From positions 1 to 64,000 of the forward strand of contig CAVRJG010000042.1 of the NCBI GenBank assembly GCA_963721455.1: a stretch of 64,000 nt of DNA, in the 5' to 3' direction. The notes under the pieces were generated by a model, which was not told where the DNA came from, ran no database searches, and saw nothing but the letters and a program-made list of their open reading frames with translations. Below, in pieces: positions 22,415-32,035 of this stretch. The first letter of the stretch is position 1. Each line of letters begins with the position of its first letter. The position numbers and the translations under genes are program-made. The DNA is from an uncultured Methanosarcinaceae archaeon. Its GTDB lineage: Archaea; Halobacteriota; Methanosarcinia; Methanosarcinales; Methanosarcinaceae.

Positions 22415-22549
22415 TTGGGCAGTAAGGTTGTCCTACATTTTGGTTTTTCAAAACCGTGCCTAAACTAATCAGTGAATTGCCATCGAAGGCTCAAATGTGA
22501 CTTTGATCACGGATGCTAAATTGGCCTTTGAGGCAATTCCACTGCCCAA
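22415..22549 (+). ncRNA. Candidate IS110 bridge/guide RNA
   Basis: Outer stem TTGGGCAGT/ACTGCCCAA enclosing hairpin GGTTTT-TC-AAAACC and long stem GAATTGCC+TCGAAGGC/GCCTTTGA+GGCAATTC with internal loop; immediately 5' of the IS110 gene. Confidence 0.5.
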
Positions 22550-22568
22550 ACAAATTGGGTGATCTAAT

Positions 22569-23807
22569 TTGATTGAAGTCATAAACAAAGCTTGTGGTTT
22601 AGACATTCACAAACTCTTTTTCATTGCTACAATCCTCAGTAGATCCGGCGCAAAAAGCAACAACGTTTTGATCGAAACGGTGATGGAATTTTAGCCCTTA
22701 AAAAATGGGTTACATCAGAAAAATGTGATGTTGTTGCATGTGAATCAACAGGTGACTTTTGGGTTCCTATTCATGATTCCTTGATAAAGCATCTACCTGT
22801 TATAGTTGGAAATGCCGAGATATGAAGGCATTTACACAAAAAAACAGATAAGATAGATTCAGAAGTCATTGCACAACTTGCATTAATAAGATGATTCAGC
22901 CATCACGATTTTTCCAAAAGATCATAGAGATTTTCGATCATATGTTCGACTTCGGTTTACACTTGTACAAAAAAGAATAGATCTAAAAAATGAAGCTCAC
23001 TCAATTCTCGCACCTGAAATGTTCAATCTCAAGGATGTGCTGACAGACATTTTTGGCAAGAATGGCAGAATGATCTTATCAGGAATCTCTTCAGGTAAAA
23101 CCGTTGATCAGATTATCGCAAGCCTTTCTCCAAATGTTCGTAAAAAAAGTGATCAGATAAGAGAAATTCTGGATAGAGAAATCTCTCAAAGTGCTGCATT
23201 CAGGCTTCAGATCTGTCTGAAACTTATAAAGCATCTTGACGATGAAATTGAAGCTTTAGAAAAAGAAATTTTCAATTATGCTTATAGGAATCATAAGCGT
23301 GAAATGGAAATTTTAATGTCAGTTCCTGGCATCGGAGAACTTGGTGCAGCTACTCTAATTGCTGAAATAGGCAATTTCAAGGACTTTTCATCTGGAAATA
23401 AGCTTGCTTCGTGGCTTGGAATAGTTCCGAATGTGTATCAATCTGCAGATAAATTCTACAACGGCAGAATCACAAAGAGAGGATCAAAAGTAGCAAGGTG
23501 GATTCTGACACAGATTGCTCAAGCAGCGGCAAGAAAGAAAAATAGCAAGTTAAAAGAGTTTTTTAACAGAAAAAAGAAGTCGATTGGACATGCAAAGGCA
23601 ATTATTGCCCTGGCAAGAAAAATTGCCACAATTATCTGGCATCTTATTACAAATGATGAGATGTACGAAGATGAAACAGGATATCAAAAGGGAGAAATTC
23701 AAAAGAGGAAGATTGTTGAGACCGAGATATTTTCGGTTGATGAACGGATTAAAATAATTAGTGGAATATTTGCAATTAGGGGAAAAGAGGATCGAGAGAG
23801 CACGTGA
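22569..23807 (+). pseudogene. IS110 family transposase/recombinase, frameshifted in the N-terminal half
   Basis: N-terminus LIEVINKACGLDIHK; C-terminal SVPGIGELGA, LASWLGIVPNVYQSA, ITKRGS, ALARK motifs. Confidence 0.9.
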
Positions 23808-23839
23808 GGAGGATTTCCTCATGTACTTTCATGCTAAAT

Positions 23840-24371
23840 GCATTTCAGGATTAACACCTCTCTTCGTCACTGATGGATTGACATTTTATGCAGAAGCTTT
23901 TTCGAAAGAATATGGGAAAACTGAGGAGTTTCCAAGAACCGGAAAGATAGGAAGATCAAAGAAACCAAAACTTGTTCCCCCGGAAGATTTGAAATATGCA
24001 CAGGTAGTAAAAGAAAGGAAGGGGGAACTATTCACAAAATAGTGAAGAAGATTATATTTGGAAAAGATATTGAGCACAAGCAGATATCAACAAGCTTGCT
24101 TGAAAGACAGAGTCTGACATTTAGACAGGATAATAACAGGATTTCAAGAAAGACAATAGGATTTTCAAAGAAAGTAGAGTGCTTAATAAATCATATGAAT
24201 CTATATTGCACAAATTTTAACTTCTGGAGAGAACATGGGGGATTAAAATATGAAGATAAAAGAGGAATGAAATTTAAAAATACACCTGCAAGAGAGTGTG
24301 AGATTACGGATTCAAAGTGGACATTAAGGGATATACTCACATTTAGGTGTTTCAAAACATCAATCATCTGA
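23840..24371 (+). pseudogene. IS1-family transposase C-terminal remnant
   Basis: LFVTDGL, LKYAQVVK, TSLLERQSLTFRQDNNRISRKTIGFSKK, TPARECEITD motifs. Confidence 0.75.
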
Positions 24372-24477
24372 TTAGGGACAACAAAAATTTTCGGTTCTTC
24401 AATCCAATTGCGTGTAAAAATATAAAACTTAAAATGTATTGGGTTGGAATTGTAGAGAGAATAAAAAGAGCCGGGCA

Positions 24478-24610
24478 TAAAGTAAAAAATAAAAAGTAAA
24501 AAGTAAAGCCAGCCGATGAAGGCAAAAGAATAAAGTAAAACAGTCGATGAAGGGTAAAGTAAAACAGTAGATAAAGGCAAAGAAGTAAAGTAAAAAGGTA
24601 GGATAAAGAC
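24478..24610. repeat. Purine-rich low-complexity AAAGTAAA repeat tract
   Basis: Repeated AAAGTAAA / GATGAAGG units. Confidence 0.5.
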
Positions 24611-24681
24611 AGGTTTGAATCAAAACTAAAGACCGAGTTCGAATCAAATGAGATATTTAACCAGAAGGGGTTTGCAGGAGT

Positions 24682-25185
24682 ATGAAAGCACAACTTGAAC
24701 AGCGTTTAACGGAGCTAAGGGCAGAATACGAATCAGGACAGAAAATCCTGAAAGATATCGAGTTAAAGCTTACGGAACTTGAAGACCGAAAGAAAATCCT
24801 GAACGAAACCCTCCTCAGGATTAGCGGGGCAATCGACTTACTTGAAGAAGTACTGGAAGTAAACGAAGGCACGAAGGGGCCAGAAACTAGGGAAGGTCCC
24901 GGAACTACCGCAGAAAGTGTAGAGACTCCGGATGTCATAAGGCAGTCCCTTGAGAAAGCCATGAAAACTCTGGAAGAAGCGGGGCTTACGGCAGGAGAGG
25001 TCATTGAACAAAGAGGTGTTCTTCCTATAGGGGTTATGATTGGAGAAGTGCTCAGGCAGGAGCCGAAGCCAGGGACAAGATCACCAGCCGGATCGGCTGT
25101 AAAGCTTGTAGTTGCAGCAAAAGGCAAGTTTTTGCCTCCAGTTGATAGAAATTCAGTGTGCGGCTCTTTTTCCGACCGCAACTGA
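24682..25185 (+). CDS. Coiled-coil + PASTA domain protein
   Basis: N-terminal coil ending TLLRISGAIDLLEE; PASTA pattern PDVIRQSLEKAMKTLEEAGL...VLRQEPKPG...VKLVV. Confidence 0.75.
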   Translation: MKAQLEQRLTELRAEYESGQKILKDIELKLTELEDRKKILNETLLRISGAIDLLEEVLEVNEGTKGPETREGPGTTAESVETPDVIRQSLEKAMKTLEEAGLTAGEVIEQRGVLPIGVMIGEVLRQEPKPGTRSPAGSAVKLVVAAKGKFLPPVDRNSVCGSFSDRN

Positions 25186-26422
25186 ACAGAGGACAAAGGA
25201 GGGCTTTAAAACGGAGGCTTATTCCAGAATAAACGGTTCCCTGGGCGAACTCAGGGAACATTGCAGGGCAGCGATTTCAGCCTTTACCACGCTTGAGCGT
25301 TCAGAGAGCCAGGTATCCTTGAGGCTCTGCCTGCTAAAATTCCTCAATGAATGTGAGGGTGTTTCAAAGGTTCTATGGAATAGCAATGACAAAAAACTCA
25401 GGAAGCACCTTAGATCCGTGCTTTCAATCCCAGGCGATTTCCCTTTTTCTCCTGCGGCTTTCTCCGGACTGGAAGCAGTGGCTAAAGGAATGGAAAAGAC
25501 TGGAGGAATAGAGAAAACCCTGAAAGATAAAGGCAAGGGGAATAAACCGGAAGAAAATCCCGGTCACAGGGAATCGGCAGCCTTCTTCTATGATCCGGGA
25601 ACAAGGTTACTTACATTTGACGGGAAAAACTATGAAATCCTGCCTCTTTTCCTGGCTGCCAGGAAACTTTATGCTTCCCTCCCGCTCTTCGAAGAGCTTG
25701 AGGCCTGCACTGAAATGCTTGAACGGAATCCTCAGGACGCCACAGCCCTCTTCCAGAAAGCTGTGCTCCTGTATAAGGCCAGGCGGTTTGAAACTGCCCT
25801 GCAGCTTACTGCGCAGGTGCTGGGAATTGTTCCTGACGATTACAGAGTCTGGTACAACAGGGGTGTTATCTTCCTGGAAATGGGGCGGCTTGAGGAGGCG
25901 ATTGCGGCTTACGACAGGGCAATTGAGCTTGAACCGGCTTTTAAAATTGCCTGGGACAACAAAGGAGTTGCTCTTTCCAGGCTTGGCAGGTTTGAAGAGG
26001 CGCTTGAAACCTACGAAAAAATCCTACTGAAATATCCCGAGTATGCTGAAGCCTGGGCAGGAAAAGGCTCGGTCCTTTCGATCCTTGGCAGGAAAGAAGA
26101 AGCTCTTGAGGCTTACAGTTCGGCCCTCAAAATCAGGCCTGATTACCCTGAAGCCCTGACGTGCACCGGAAGCCTGCTTTCCAGGCTTGGCAGGCTTAAG
26201 GAAGCTCTGGCAGCATACGATAGGGCTCTTAAGCTTTCCCAAACAGATCCAGTGCTCTGGGCAGGCAGGGGTTTTGTCCTGTTAGAATCGAATGAATACG
26301 AAAAAGCACTGCAAAGCTGCAACAGAGCCCTCGAATTGAAACCGGGTTTTGCTCCTGCGCTCGAAATAAAGGTAAGAGTCCTTTCGGGGATCAGCCGGCA
26401 AAAGGCAAGGGCTTCTCAGTAA
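25112..26422 (+). CDS. Tetratricopeptide repeat protein (start uncertain)
   Basis: About six TPRs (WYNRGV..LEEAIAAYDRAIEL; WAGKG..EALEAYSSAL). Confidence 0.85.
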   Translation: MQQKASFCLQLIEIQCAALFPTATEQRTKEGFKTEAYSRINGSLGELREHCRAAISAFTTLERSESQVSLRLCLLKFLNECEGVSKVLWNSNDKKLRKHLRSVLSIPGDFPFSPAAFSGLEAVAKGMEKTGGIEKTLKDKGKGNKPEENPGHRESAAFFYDPGTRLLTFDGKNYEILPLFLAARKLYASLPLFEELEACTEMLERNPQDATALFQKAVLLYKARRFETALQLTAQVLGIVPDDYRVWYNRGVIFLEMGRLEEAIAAYDRAIELEPAFKIAWDNKGVALSRLGRFEEALETYEKILLKYPEYAEAWAGKGSVLSILGRKEEALEAYSSALKIRPDYPEALTCTGSLLSRLGRLKEALAAYDRALKLSQTDPVLWAGRGFVLLESNEYEKALQSCNRALELKPGFAPALEIKVRVLSGISRQKARASQ

Positions 26423-26636
26423 TCTTTCTTTCCCTGTACTTTTCCCTGCCCTTTTTTCCTTTTATCAGCCTTTTTCTATTTTTGATACTTTGAACGTAAA
26501 AATTGCACCTTTTTTATATTTGGTAAAATTCGAATCAGAAGAAGTATATCTCATTGAAAACAAAAGTGCAGAATACCAGTTTTAGCTCTGGTTCCATGCA
26601 TAAAATGGGAAAGCGGTCAGATGGGAAAAAGGTCGT

Positions 26637-27272
26637 GTGGTAAAAGCCTGGAAGGTGTCCGGAATGAACTTTCACCGGAAAAGCGAGGATTCCGAAATGA
26701 CAGAAGAAAGTGAAACTGCAAAAATGAACAGTGTAAAGCGAAAGGAGCTTGAACCGGCAGGAAAAACCGGAGAACCAGAGAATCCAGGGCAGCTCCTTAT
26801 AAAGGCTAGCGAGACTGACAATTACGAAGACAAGCTCAGGCTGTATGATGAAGCTTTAGCTCTGGATCCTCTGTATGTCAATGCATGGATTCAGAAAGGT
26901 TTTGCATTGGACAGGATGGAAAGATCAAAAGAAGCTCTTGTCTGCTATGACAGGGTTCTTGAACTCGATCCTGAAAACCTGGGAGTCAGGTGCCTCAAGG
27001 GTCTTGCTTTCTATAACTTAAAGGAGTTTGAAAAGTCGGTAGAGTGTTATGATGAAGTCCTGAAGTTTAATCCAGATGATTTATTTTCATGGTATCGGAA
27101 AGGTTCAGCCCTGGAAAGCCTGGGAAATTACGGGAAAGCCATGGAGTGTTATGACAAAGCTCTTGAGATCGATCCGGCAGATGCTCTTATCAGGGAGAAA
27201 AAAATGGAGCTCCTGAAACTTATTTATAAGAAAGGAACTTTAGAGAACTCTCCTGACAGCGGCTTTAACTGA
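26637..27272 (+). CDS. Tetratricopeptide repeat protein
   Basis: TPR units AWIQKGFAL..EALVCYDRVL; WYRKGSAL..AMECYDKAL. Confidence 0.85.
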   Translation: MVKAWKVSGMNFHRKSEDSEMTEESETAKMNSVKRKELEPAGKTGEPENPGQLLIKASETDNYEDKLRLYDEALALDPLYVNAWIQKGFALDRMERSKEALVCYDRVLELDPENLGVRCLKGLAFYNLKEFEKSVECYDEVLKFNPDDLFSWYRKGSALESLGNYGKAMECYDKALEIDPADALIREKKMELLKLIYKKGTLENSPDSGFN

Positions 27273-27327
27273 GCTTCAAAGGTCTGAAAAAGAATCTGTA
27301 ATCAGGAACGAGATGCCGGGTAAGATC

Positions 27328-27460
27328 AAAAGAGAATTACAGGATATCGCTAAAAATAACCGCAGATATCACCAGAAAAGAATTGCAGGGTGTTGTTAAA
27401 AAACAATTGTAGATAACGTCAAAAAAATTGCAAACGTCGTCAAAAAAGAATTATAGGGCC
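27328..27460. repeat. Degenerate ~23-bp tandem repeats
   Basis: About six units resembling AAAAAGAATTGCAGGATATCGTC between convergent genes. Confidence 0.45.
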
Positions 27461-27471
27461 AATTTCGGCCT

Positions 27472-28254
27472 TTACTTTTTGCTCTTTTCTCCCTCTTTTC
27501 GGATATCTTCAACGAGTTCCAGAAGTTTTTCCTTGATTTTCACGATAGCATCCACAGCTTCGCCGCCTACCTCAATCGGAGCCCGTTTTTCCAGGTCTGC
27601 CTTCATTAGCTGCGGGTCAAAAGGAATTTCTCCAAGAATCTGGATACCCAGTTCTTCCAGCCTTCCATTGACTTTTCCGGAACCGCCTTTATTAATTACG
27701 GCAGCAAGGTGTTTTATCCCTATTTCGGAGGAGAGCTTTTTTATTCTCTCAGCCGTTTCAAGCGACCTTGCCCCTGGCTCCACTACCACAATCATAAGAT
27801 CCATTCCTCTGGTAGTGCCTCTTCCGAGGTGCTCGATCCCTGCTTCCATATCCAGGATCACCGCACTTTTTTCCTTAAACATGAGGTGCCTGAGAAGAGC
27901 CCTCAGGAAAGCCGAGGCAGGACACATGCACCCGCTTCCTCCGCGGTCCACGGTGCCCATGACAAGCATTCTTACTCCATCAGGCCCGATGACTCCGTAT
28001 TTGTCAGCAATATCATCAACCTTCGGGTTGTAGATAAAAGCCCCGCCTTCTGCACCTGCTCTTTCCTGAATCAGGTCTTTGAAATCTGTCAGGGGCTTTG
28101 GGGGGTTTTCTATCCCAAGTGAAGATGCCAGGTTCATATCCGGGTCCGCATCTATTGCCAGGACTTCGTATCCGTCCCTTGCAAGCAGTCTGGCCAGAGT
28201 GCCTGAGAGAGTTGTCTTTCCAACGCCGCCTTTTCCGGTAATTGCTATTTTTAT
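27472..28254 (-). CDS. cooC: CooC-type nickel-insertion ATPase (CO dehydrogenase maturation)
   Basis: KIAITGKGGVGKTT, IDADP, GGSGCMCP, DMEAGIEHLGRG; frame continues upstream of the track start to an ATA codon at 28254. Confidence 0.88.
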   Translation of the reverse strand: MKIAITGKGGVGKTTLSGTLARLLARDGYEVLAIDADPDMNLASSLGIENPPKPLTDFKDLIQERAGAEGGAFIYNPKVDDIADKYGVIGPDGVRMLVMGTVDRGGSGCMCPASAFLRALLRHLMFKEKSAVILDMEAGIEHLGRGTTRGMDLMIVVVEPGARSLETAERIKKLSSEIGIKHLAAVINKGGSGKVNGRLEELGIQILGEIPFDPQLMKADLEKRAPIEVGGEAVDAIVKIKEKLLELVEDIRKEGEKSKK

Positions 28255-28442
28255 GAGGATTCCCCCTGAACATTGATTCAGATTAACTGCAGTGATTTTC
28301 TAAGCAGGGATATAACCATCAAAATGTTTATACTTATTCATTTATCCATGGCTTCATCCTTTATCCCTGAAAGATTATTATTTAAAACTTTTCATAAGAG
28401 ATAAGTCTTCTGAAAATATCTGTGACCTTCAGGTTTTATCAG

Positions 28443-29933
28443 TTAAGTTTTATCAGTTAATATGAAGTCAAACCCCTGCTCTGCAGCAACCTGTTTGAGG
28501 TACTTTTCGATATGGTTTCCTTCTCTTTTTGAAAACCCTGCTTCTCGGGCAAGCTTATCGAGCACCTTTTGAACCCCCGTCCCATACTGCATTGCTTTCT
28601 TTTCCTTCCAGAGAAGCTCCGACGGAAGCACTTCTTCGGCTGCCTTTCTCAGAATATACTTTCTTGTATAGGAACCGCCTTTTTTAAGGACTTTAAGTTC
28701 AGGGCTGATTGCAAGCCCTGTTCTTATTACCTCTTTATCCAGAAAAGGCACCCTGAGTTCCACTGAATTAGCCATGGTAACCATATCGTCCCTTTCAAGG
28801 TTAATCGTTGAAATATTTCGAATGTCTGAATATATTTCTCTGTCAAGCACTTCAGGCCCCTGCTCAAGAAAACCCTCGTGCCTGCTGTAACCGCCAAAGA
28901 GTTCGTCTGCGCCCTGTCCTGTAAGAAGAACCCTTTTTCCATCTTCCCTTGCAGTTTTCGCAACAATGTAGAGAGGAAGCCCTATTGCAATTTTCATAGG
29001 GTCCGTTGATTCGGTCGCATAGATCACGTGAGGAACTGCTGCTTCGATTTCTTTGGGAGAAAGGAGGTGTATTTTGAGAGAATCCTTCATGCCGGCAGCT
29101 TCAGCCGCACTCTCAGCCTGAGAAATATCATGGGAGTCCGGGAGCCCGACTGCATAGAGAGAAATATCCGGATTAATTTTTTTTGCAAGGGCTGCTAAAA
29201 AGGCACTGTCAATGCCCCCGGAAAACGCAATTCCCGAAGCTGGTGTAAGCCTGAGTTCCACAGCTTTTCCAAGGGCTGCCTTCAAGCGGGAAGCAGCGTC
29301 ATGTTCTTCGGAGATCCTTTCTTGCGGCGGCTCTATTCTAATGAATTTTTCTTCAAGCCTTCCGCTCATGATATTAAAACTCATGATGCTGCCCGGAGGG
29401 AAAGGTTTTATGCCTCTTCCCGAAGTAGTGAAAGCTTTTTTTTCGGAGGCAAAGGCAATTTCCGGCTTTTCTATACCTTCTTCCGGGGAATAAAAAAGAG
29501 GCTTGACTCCGACAGGGTCTCTGGCCAGTACAAGCTCGCTATCCAGGACATATGCTAGAGCGTAGTCTCCGTTTACTCTGGAAAGTGTGGAAAAGACAGC
29601 ATTTATCGGCGTATTTCCTTCCTGAATTCTGGTTTCTATCAGGGAAAAAAGCACTTCAGTATCAGAATCGGTTTTTACCCCTGATTCAGCCGCAAGCTCC
29701 CTGAAATTGAATATTTCTCCATTGAGTACTAGAGCCCCCTTTCCTACAAGAGGCTGGGGCATATCGCCCGTGATTTTAAGCAGGGTGTTTCCTATACTTA
29801 CTCCTCCGGCCTGATATGTTCCGCAAGCATCAGGCCCCCTGTGCCCCAGGGCTGCAAGCATTTTTTTCACTTTTATGCTAGTGTCAGTTATGTTAGTATC
29901 AGGAGCTCCGGCTGCCCCTGCTATTCCGCACAT
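28443..29933 (-). CDS. asnB: Asparagine synthetase B (glutamine-hydrolysing)
   Basis: MCGIAG N-terminal nucleophile, HRGPD, NGEIFN, SGGIDS, GQGADELFGGY, ELRVPFLD. Confidence 0.92.
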   Translation of the reverse strand: MCGIAGAAGAPDTNITDTSIKVKKMLAALGHRGPDACGTYQAGGVSIGNTLLKITGDMPQPLVGKGALVLNGEIFNFRELAAESGVKTDSDTEVLFSLIETRIQEGNTPINAVFSTLSRVNGDYALAYVLDSELVLARDPVGVKPLFYSPEEGIEKPEIAFASEKKAFTTSGRGIKPFPPGSIMSFNIMSGRLEEKFIRIEPPQERISEEHDAASRLKAALGKAVELRLTPASGIAFSGGIDSAFLAALAKKINPDISLYAVGLPDSHDISQAESAAEAAGMKDSLKIHLLSPKEIEAAVPHVIYATESTDPMKIAIGLPLYIVAKTAREDGKRVLLTGQGADELFGGYSRHEGFLEQGPEVLDREIYSDIRNISTINLERDDMVTMANSVELRVPFLDKEVIRTGLAISPELKVLKKGGSYTRKYILRKAAEEVLPSELLWKEKKAMQYGTGVQKVLDKLAREAGFSKREGNHIEKYLKQVAAEQGFDFILTDKT

Positions 29934-30204
29934 GTCTACTCCTTTTTTCTGTTCTGTTCGGTGTATACACGCACTCTATCTCTATTTATCATTTTGCCAC
30001 TTGAGGAGAAAGCATCCGGAATCCGGATACTTCATCTTATAAGCACCCCGGAGTGTGCCCTGAAACCATATATTTGAGAGAAATGAAATTCTACATGATA
30101 ATCTGAAAAATAAAATCTGGAGCCGCCGGGTTTAGAAAGTGAAATCCGGAATAATGATGCAAAAATGGTAAATTTAAAAAAGAATAGTCCGTTTTTTTCA
30201 ACTT

Positions 30205-30506
30205 TCAGGTCCTGACCTTTGTCCCAACATCATCCGGGGATTCTTCCCGCAGTACTTCTATGGCGTATACAGGGTCTCCTTTCAAGGCAGCAAAGGGGTT
30301 CATCGCGCTTTTCTCGTCCCCTATCCAGATTGAGTTCGCGCAGTAAATACAGCAGCAGCGAGTTATATAGAGGTTGTTTGCAGGCCTGTAACCGCTGCAG
30401 CAGTTACTTCCTCGCAGGACTCCGTATTTGCAGAGGACAAGCTGCCTGGTAAGGTGCAGGTCCTATTCCAGACTGTACTGGTTGTATTTCCGGTTGTTTT
30501 GTTCAT
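30205..30506 (-). CDS. Putative ~100-aa ORF upstream of asnB (needs one frameshift)
   Basis: MNKTTGNTTSTVWNRTC... with GGTGA RBS and TATA upstream; second frame ...RCCCIYCANS...LREESPDDVGTKVRT. Confidence 0.35.
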
Positions 30507-30856
30507 TGAAATCCAGAATTTCACCCTATTTATAATTACGTTTTATATACTTTTAAAACTTTCTAGATTTGCACATTTTTTATAATAGTAAATTTTTATA
30601 AATCACGGGTACAGGTAGCATAACAGAGAAAACAGAGAATGCAATGTGCAGCTAATTATGAAGACAGCGATGGCTGTTATTGAGGAAACTTTTTATCCGT
30701 GCTCTCCAATATACGCAACGTTTTTAAGCATCTTATAATTATTATGGTGCTGACTGATTATTATTTACTTTTAGATCTCATTTGATCCCGCATTAGGGCA
30801 ACCGAAAAGCGTGGATATCCGGTTAATTTGAAAATTTAAAATTGAGGCATATAAAG

Positions 30857-31108
30857 ATGCAGTACCAGGCAACAGTTAGAATCGAACAGAAAGCAGGTAT
30901 GCTTGACCCTGAAGGCACTACCGCAAAAAGGGCTCTCGGACACCTTGGCTACCAGGTCAGCAGCGTAAAGACCGCAAAGCTGTATGAAATCGTGCTCGAA
31001 GCCGAATCTGAAGAGGTTGCAGAGCAGAAGGTTGACGAGATGTGCCAGAAACTTATCGCAAACCCAATCGTCCATAACTACACAATCGAGCTCAAAGGAC
31101 TTAATTGA
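30857..31108 (+). CDS. purS: Phosphoribosylformylglycinamidine synthase subunit PurS
   Basis: LDPEG, MCQKLIANP motifs; precedes purQ. Confidence 0.95.
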   Translation: MQYQATVRIEQKAGMLDPEGTTAKRALGHLGYQVSSVKTAKLYEIVLEAESEEVAEQKVDEMCQKLIANPIVHNYTIELKGLN

Positions 31109-31183
31109 GCTATCCGGCGGATAAGGGATTCAAACGTTAGAAAAGCTAAAAAGCTTTGAAAATGCGAAGATTGAGGGAAAAAG

Positions 31184-31882
31184 ATGAAAATTGCCATTAT
31201 TCAGTTCGGAGGCACAAACTGCGACCTGGACGTCCTTCATGTCCTTAAAGATGTCGTGGGTGTGGACGCAGAGACTGTCTGGTACAAACAGGAAGACCTG
31301 ACGGGTTTTGACGGAGTTGTTGTCCCTGGCGGCTTTTCCTACGGAGACTATCTTAGAGCAGGGGCAATTGCAGCCCGTACTCCAATCATGGATTCAGTGA
31401 AAAAACTTGCAGCCGAAGGAAAGCCTGTCCTCGGGATTTGCAACGGCTTCCAGGTCCTTACCGAAGCCCGGGTTCTTGAAGGGGCCCTGACAACCAACGA
31501 GTACCCGAAATTCAGGTGCCACTGGACCAACCTCAGGGTAGAGACAGTTGATACGCCTTTTACCTCGAAGTTCAGGAAAGGCGAGGTTATCAGGATGCCT
31601 ATCGCCCATATGGAAGGGAAATTCTATGCCGAAGAGAAAACCCTGGCAGAACTCGACGAGAACGACCAGGTTGTTTTCCGTTATGTGGACGAAAACGGAA
31701 AAGTAACGGATGAAGCTAACCCTAACGGTTCTCTAGAAAATATTGCAGGAATAGTAAACACTTCAAGAAATATCTTCGGCCTCATGCCCCATCCTGAAAG
31801 AGCTTCCGAATCAATCCTCGGCTCGGATGATGGCCTGCGGGTTTTCGAGTCCATGGCGGATTATATCACTGAGAATTTCTGA
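31184..31882 (+). CDS. purQ: Phosphoribosylformylglycinamidine synthase subunit PurQ
   Basis: PGGFSYGDYLRAG, GICNGFQ, NPNGS, MPHPER. Confidence 0.97.
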   Translation: MKIAIIQFGGTNCDLDVLHVLKDVVGVDAETVWYKQEDLTGFDGVVVPGGFSYGDYLRAGAIAARTPIMDSVKKLAAEGKPVLGICNGFQVLTEARVLEGALTTNEYPKFRCHWTNLRVETVDTPFTSKFRKGEVIRMPIAHMEGKFYAEEKTLAELDENDQVVFRYVDENGKVTDEANPNGSLENIAGIVNTSRNIFGLMPHPERASESILGSDDGLRVFESMADYITENF

Positions 31883-31902
31883 TTAATCCGTTTTTATTTC
31901 TT

Positions 31903-32024
31903 TATAGGACTTACGCAGTTGAACTGAGAAATCAATAGCATTAAACCTCCAACTGTATAAAACATTGAACCCGTCACAAAGCCGAATGTGCATGATTTTG
32001 TACATCGAGTGCGTAAGTCCTATA
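31903..32024. mobile_element. MITE with TAGGACTTACGCA terminal inverted repeats
   Basis: TATAGGACTTACGCA...TGCGTAAGTCCTATA; related copies at 38027 and 53452. Confidence 0.85.
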
Positions 32025-32035
32025 TTTGCAAACAT

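Larger units (their letters stand above)
22302..24367 (+). mobile_element. IS1-family-like element bounded by 24-bp terminal inverted repeats, carrying an IS110
   Basis: Left ATGATTGATGTTTTCAAAAACCTA vs right (reverse complement) ATGATTGATGTTTTGAAACACCTA; DDE remnant inside. Confidence 0.75.

Noticed and set aside
24191-24693. Hydrophobic minus-strand ORFs as membrane proteins
   Set aside because: They are translations of the complement of a purine-rich low-complexity tract.
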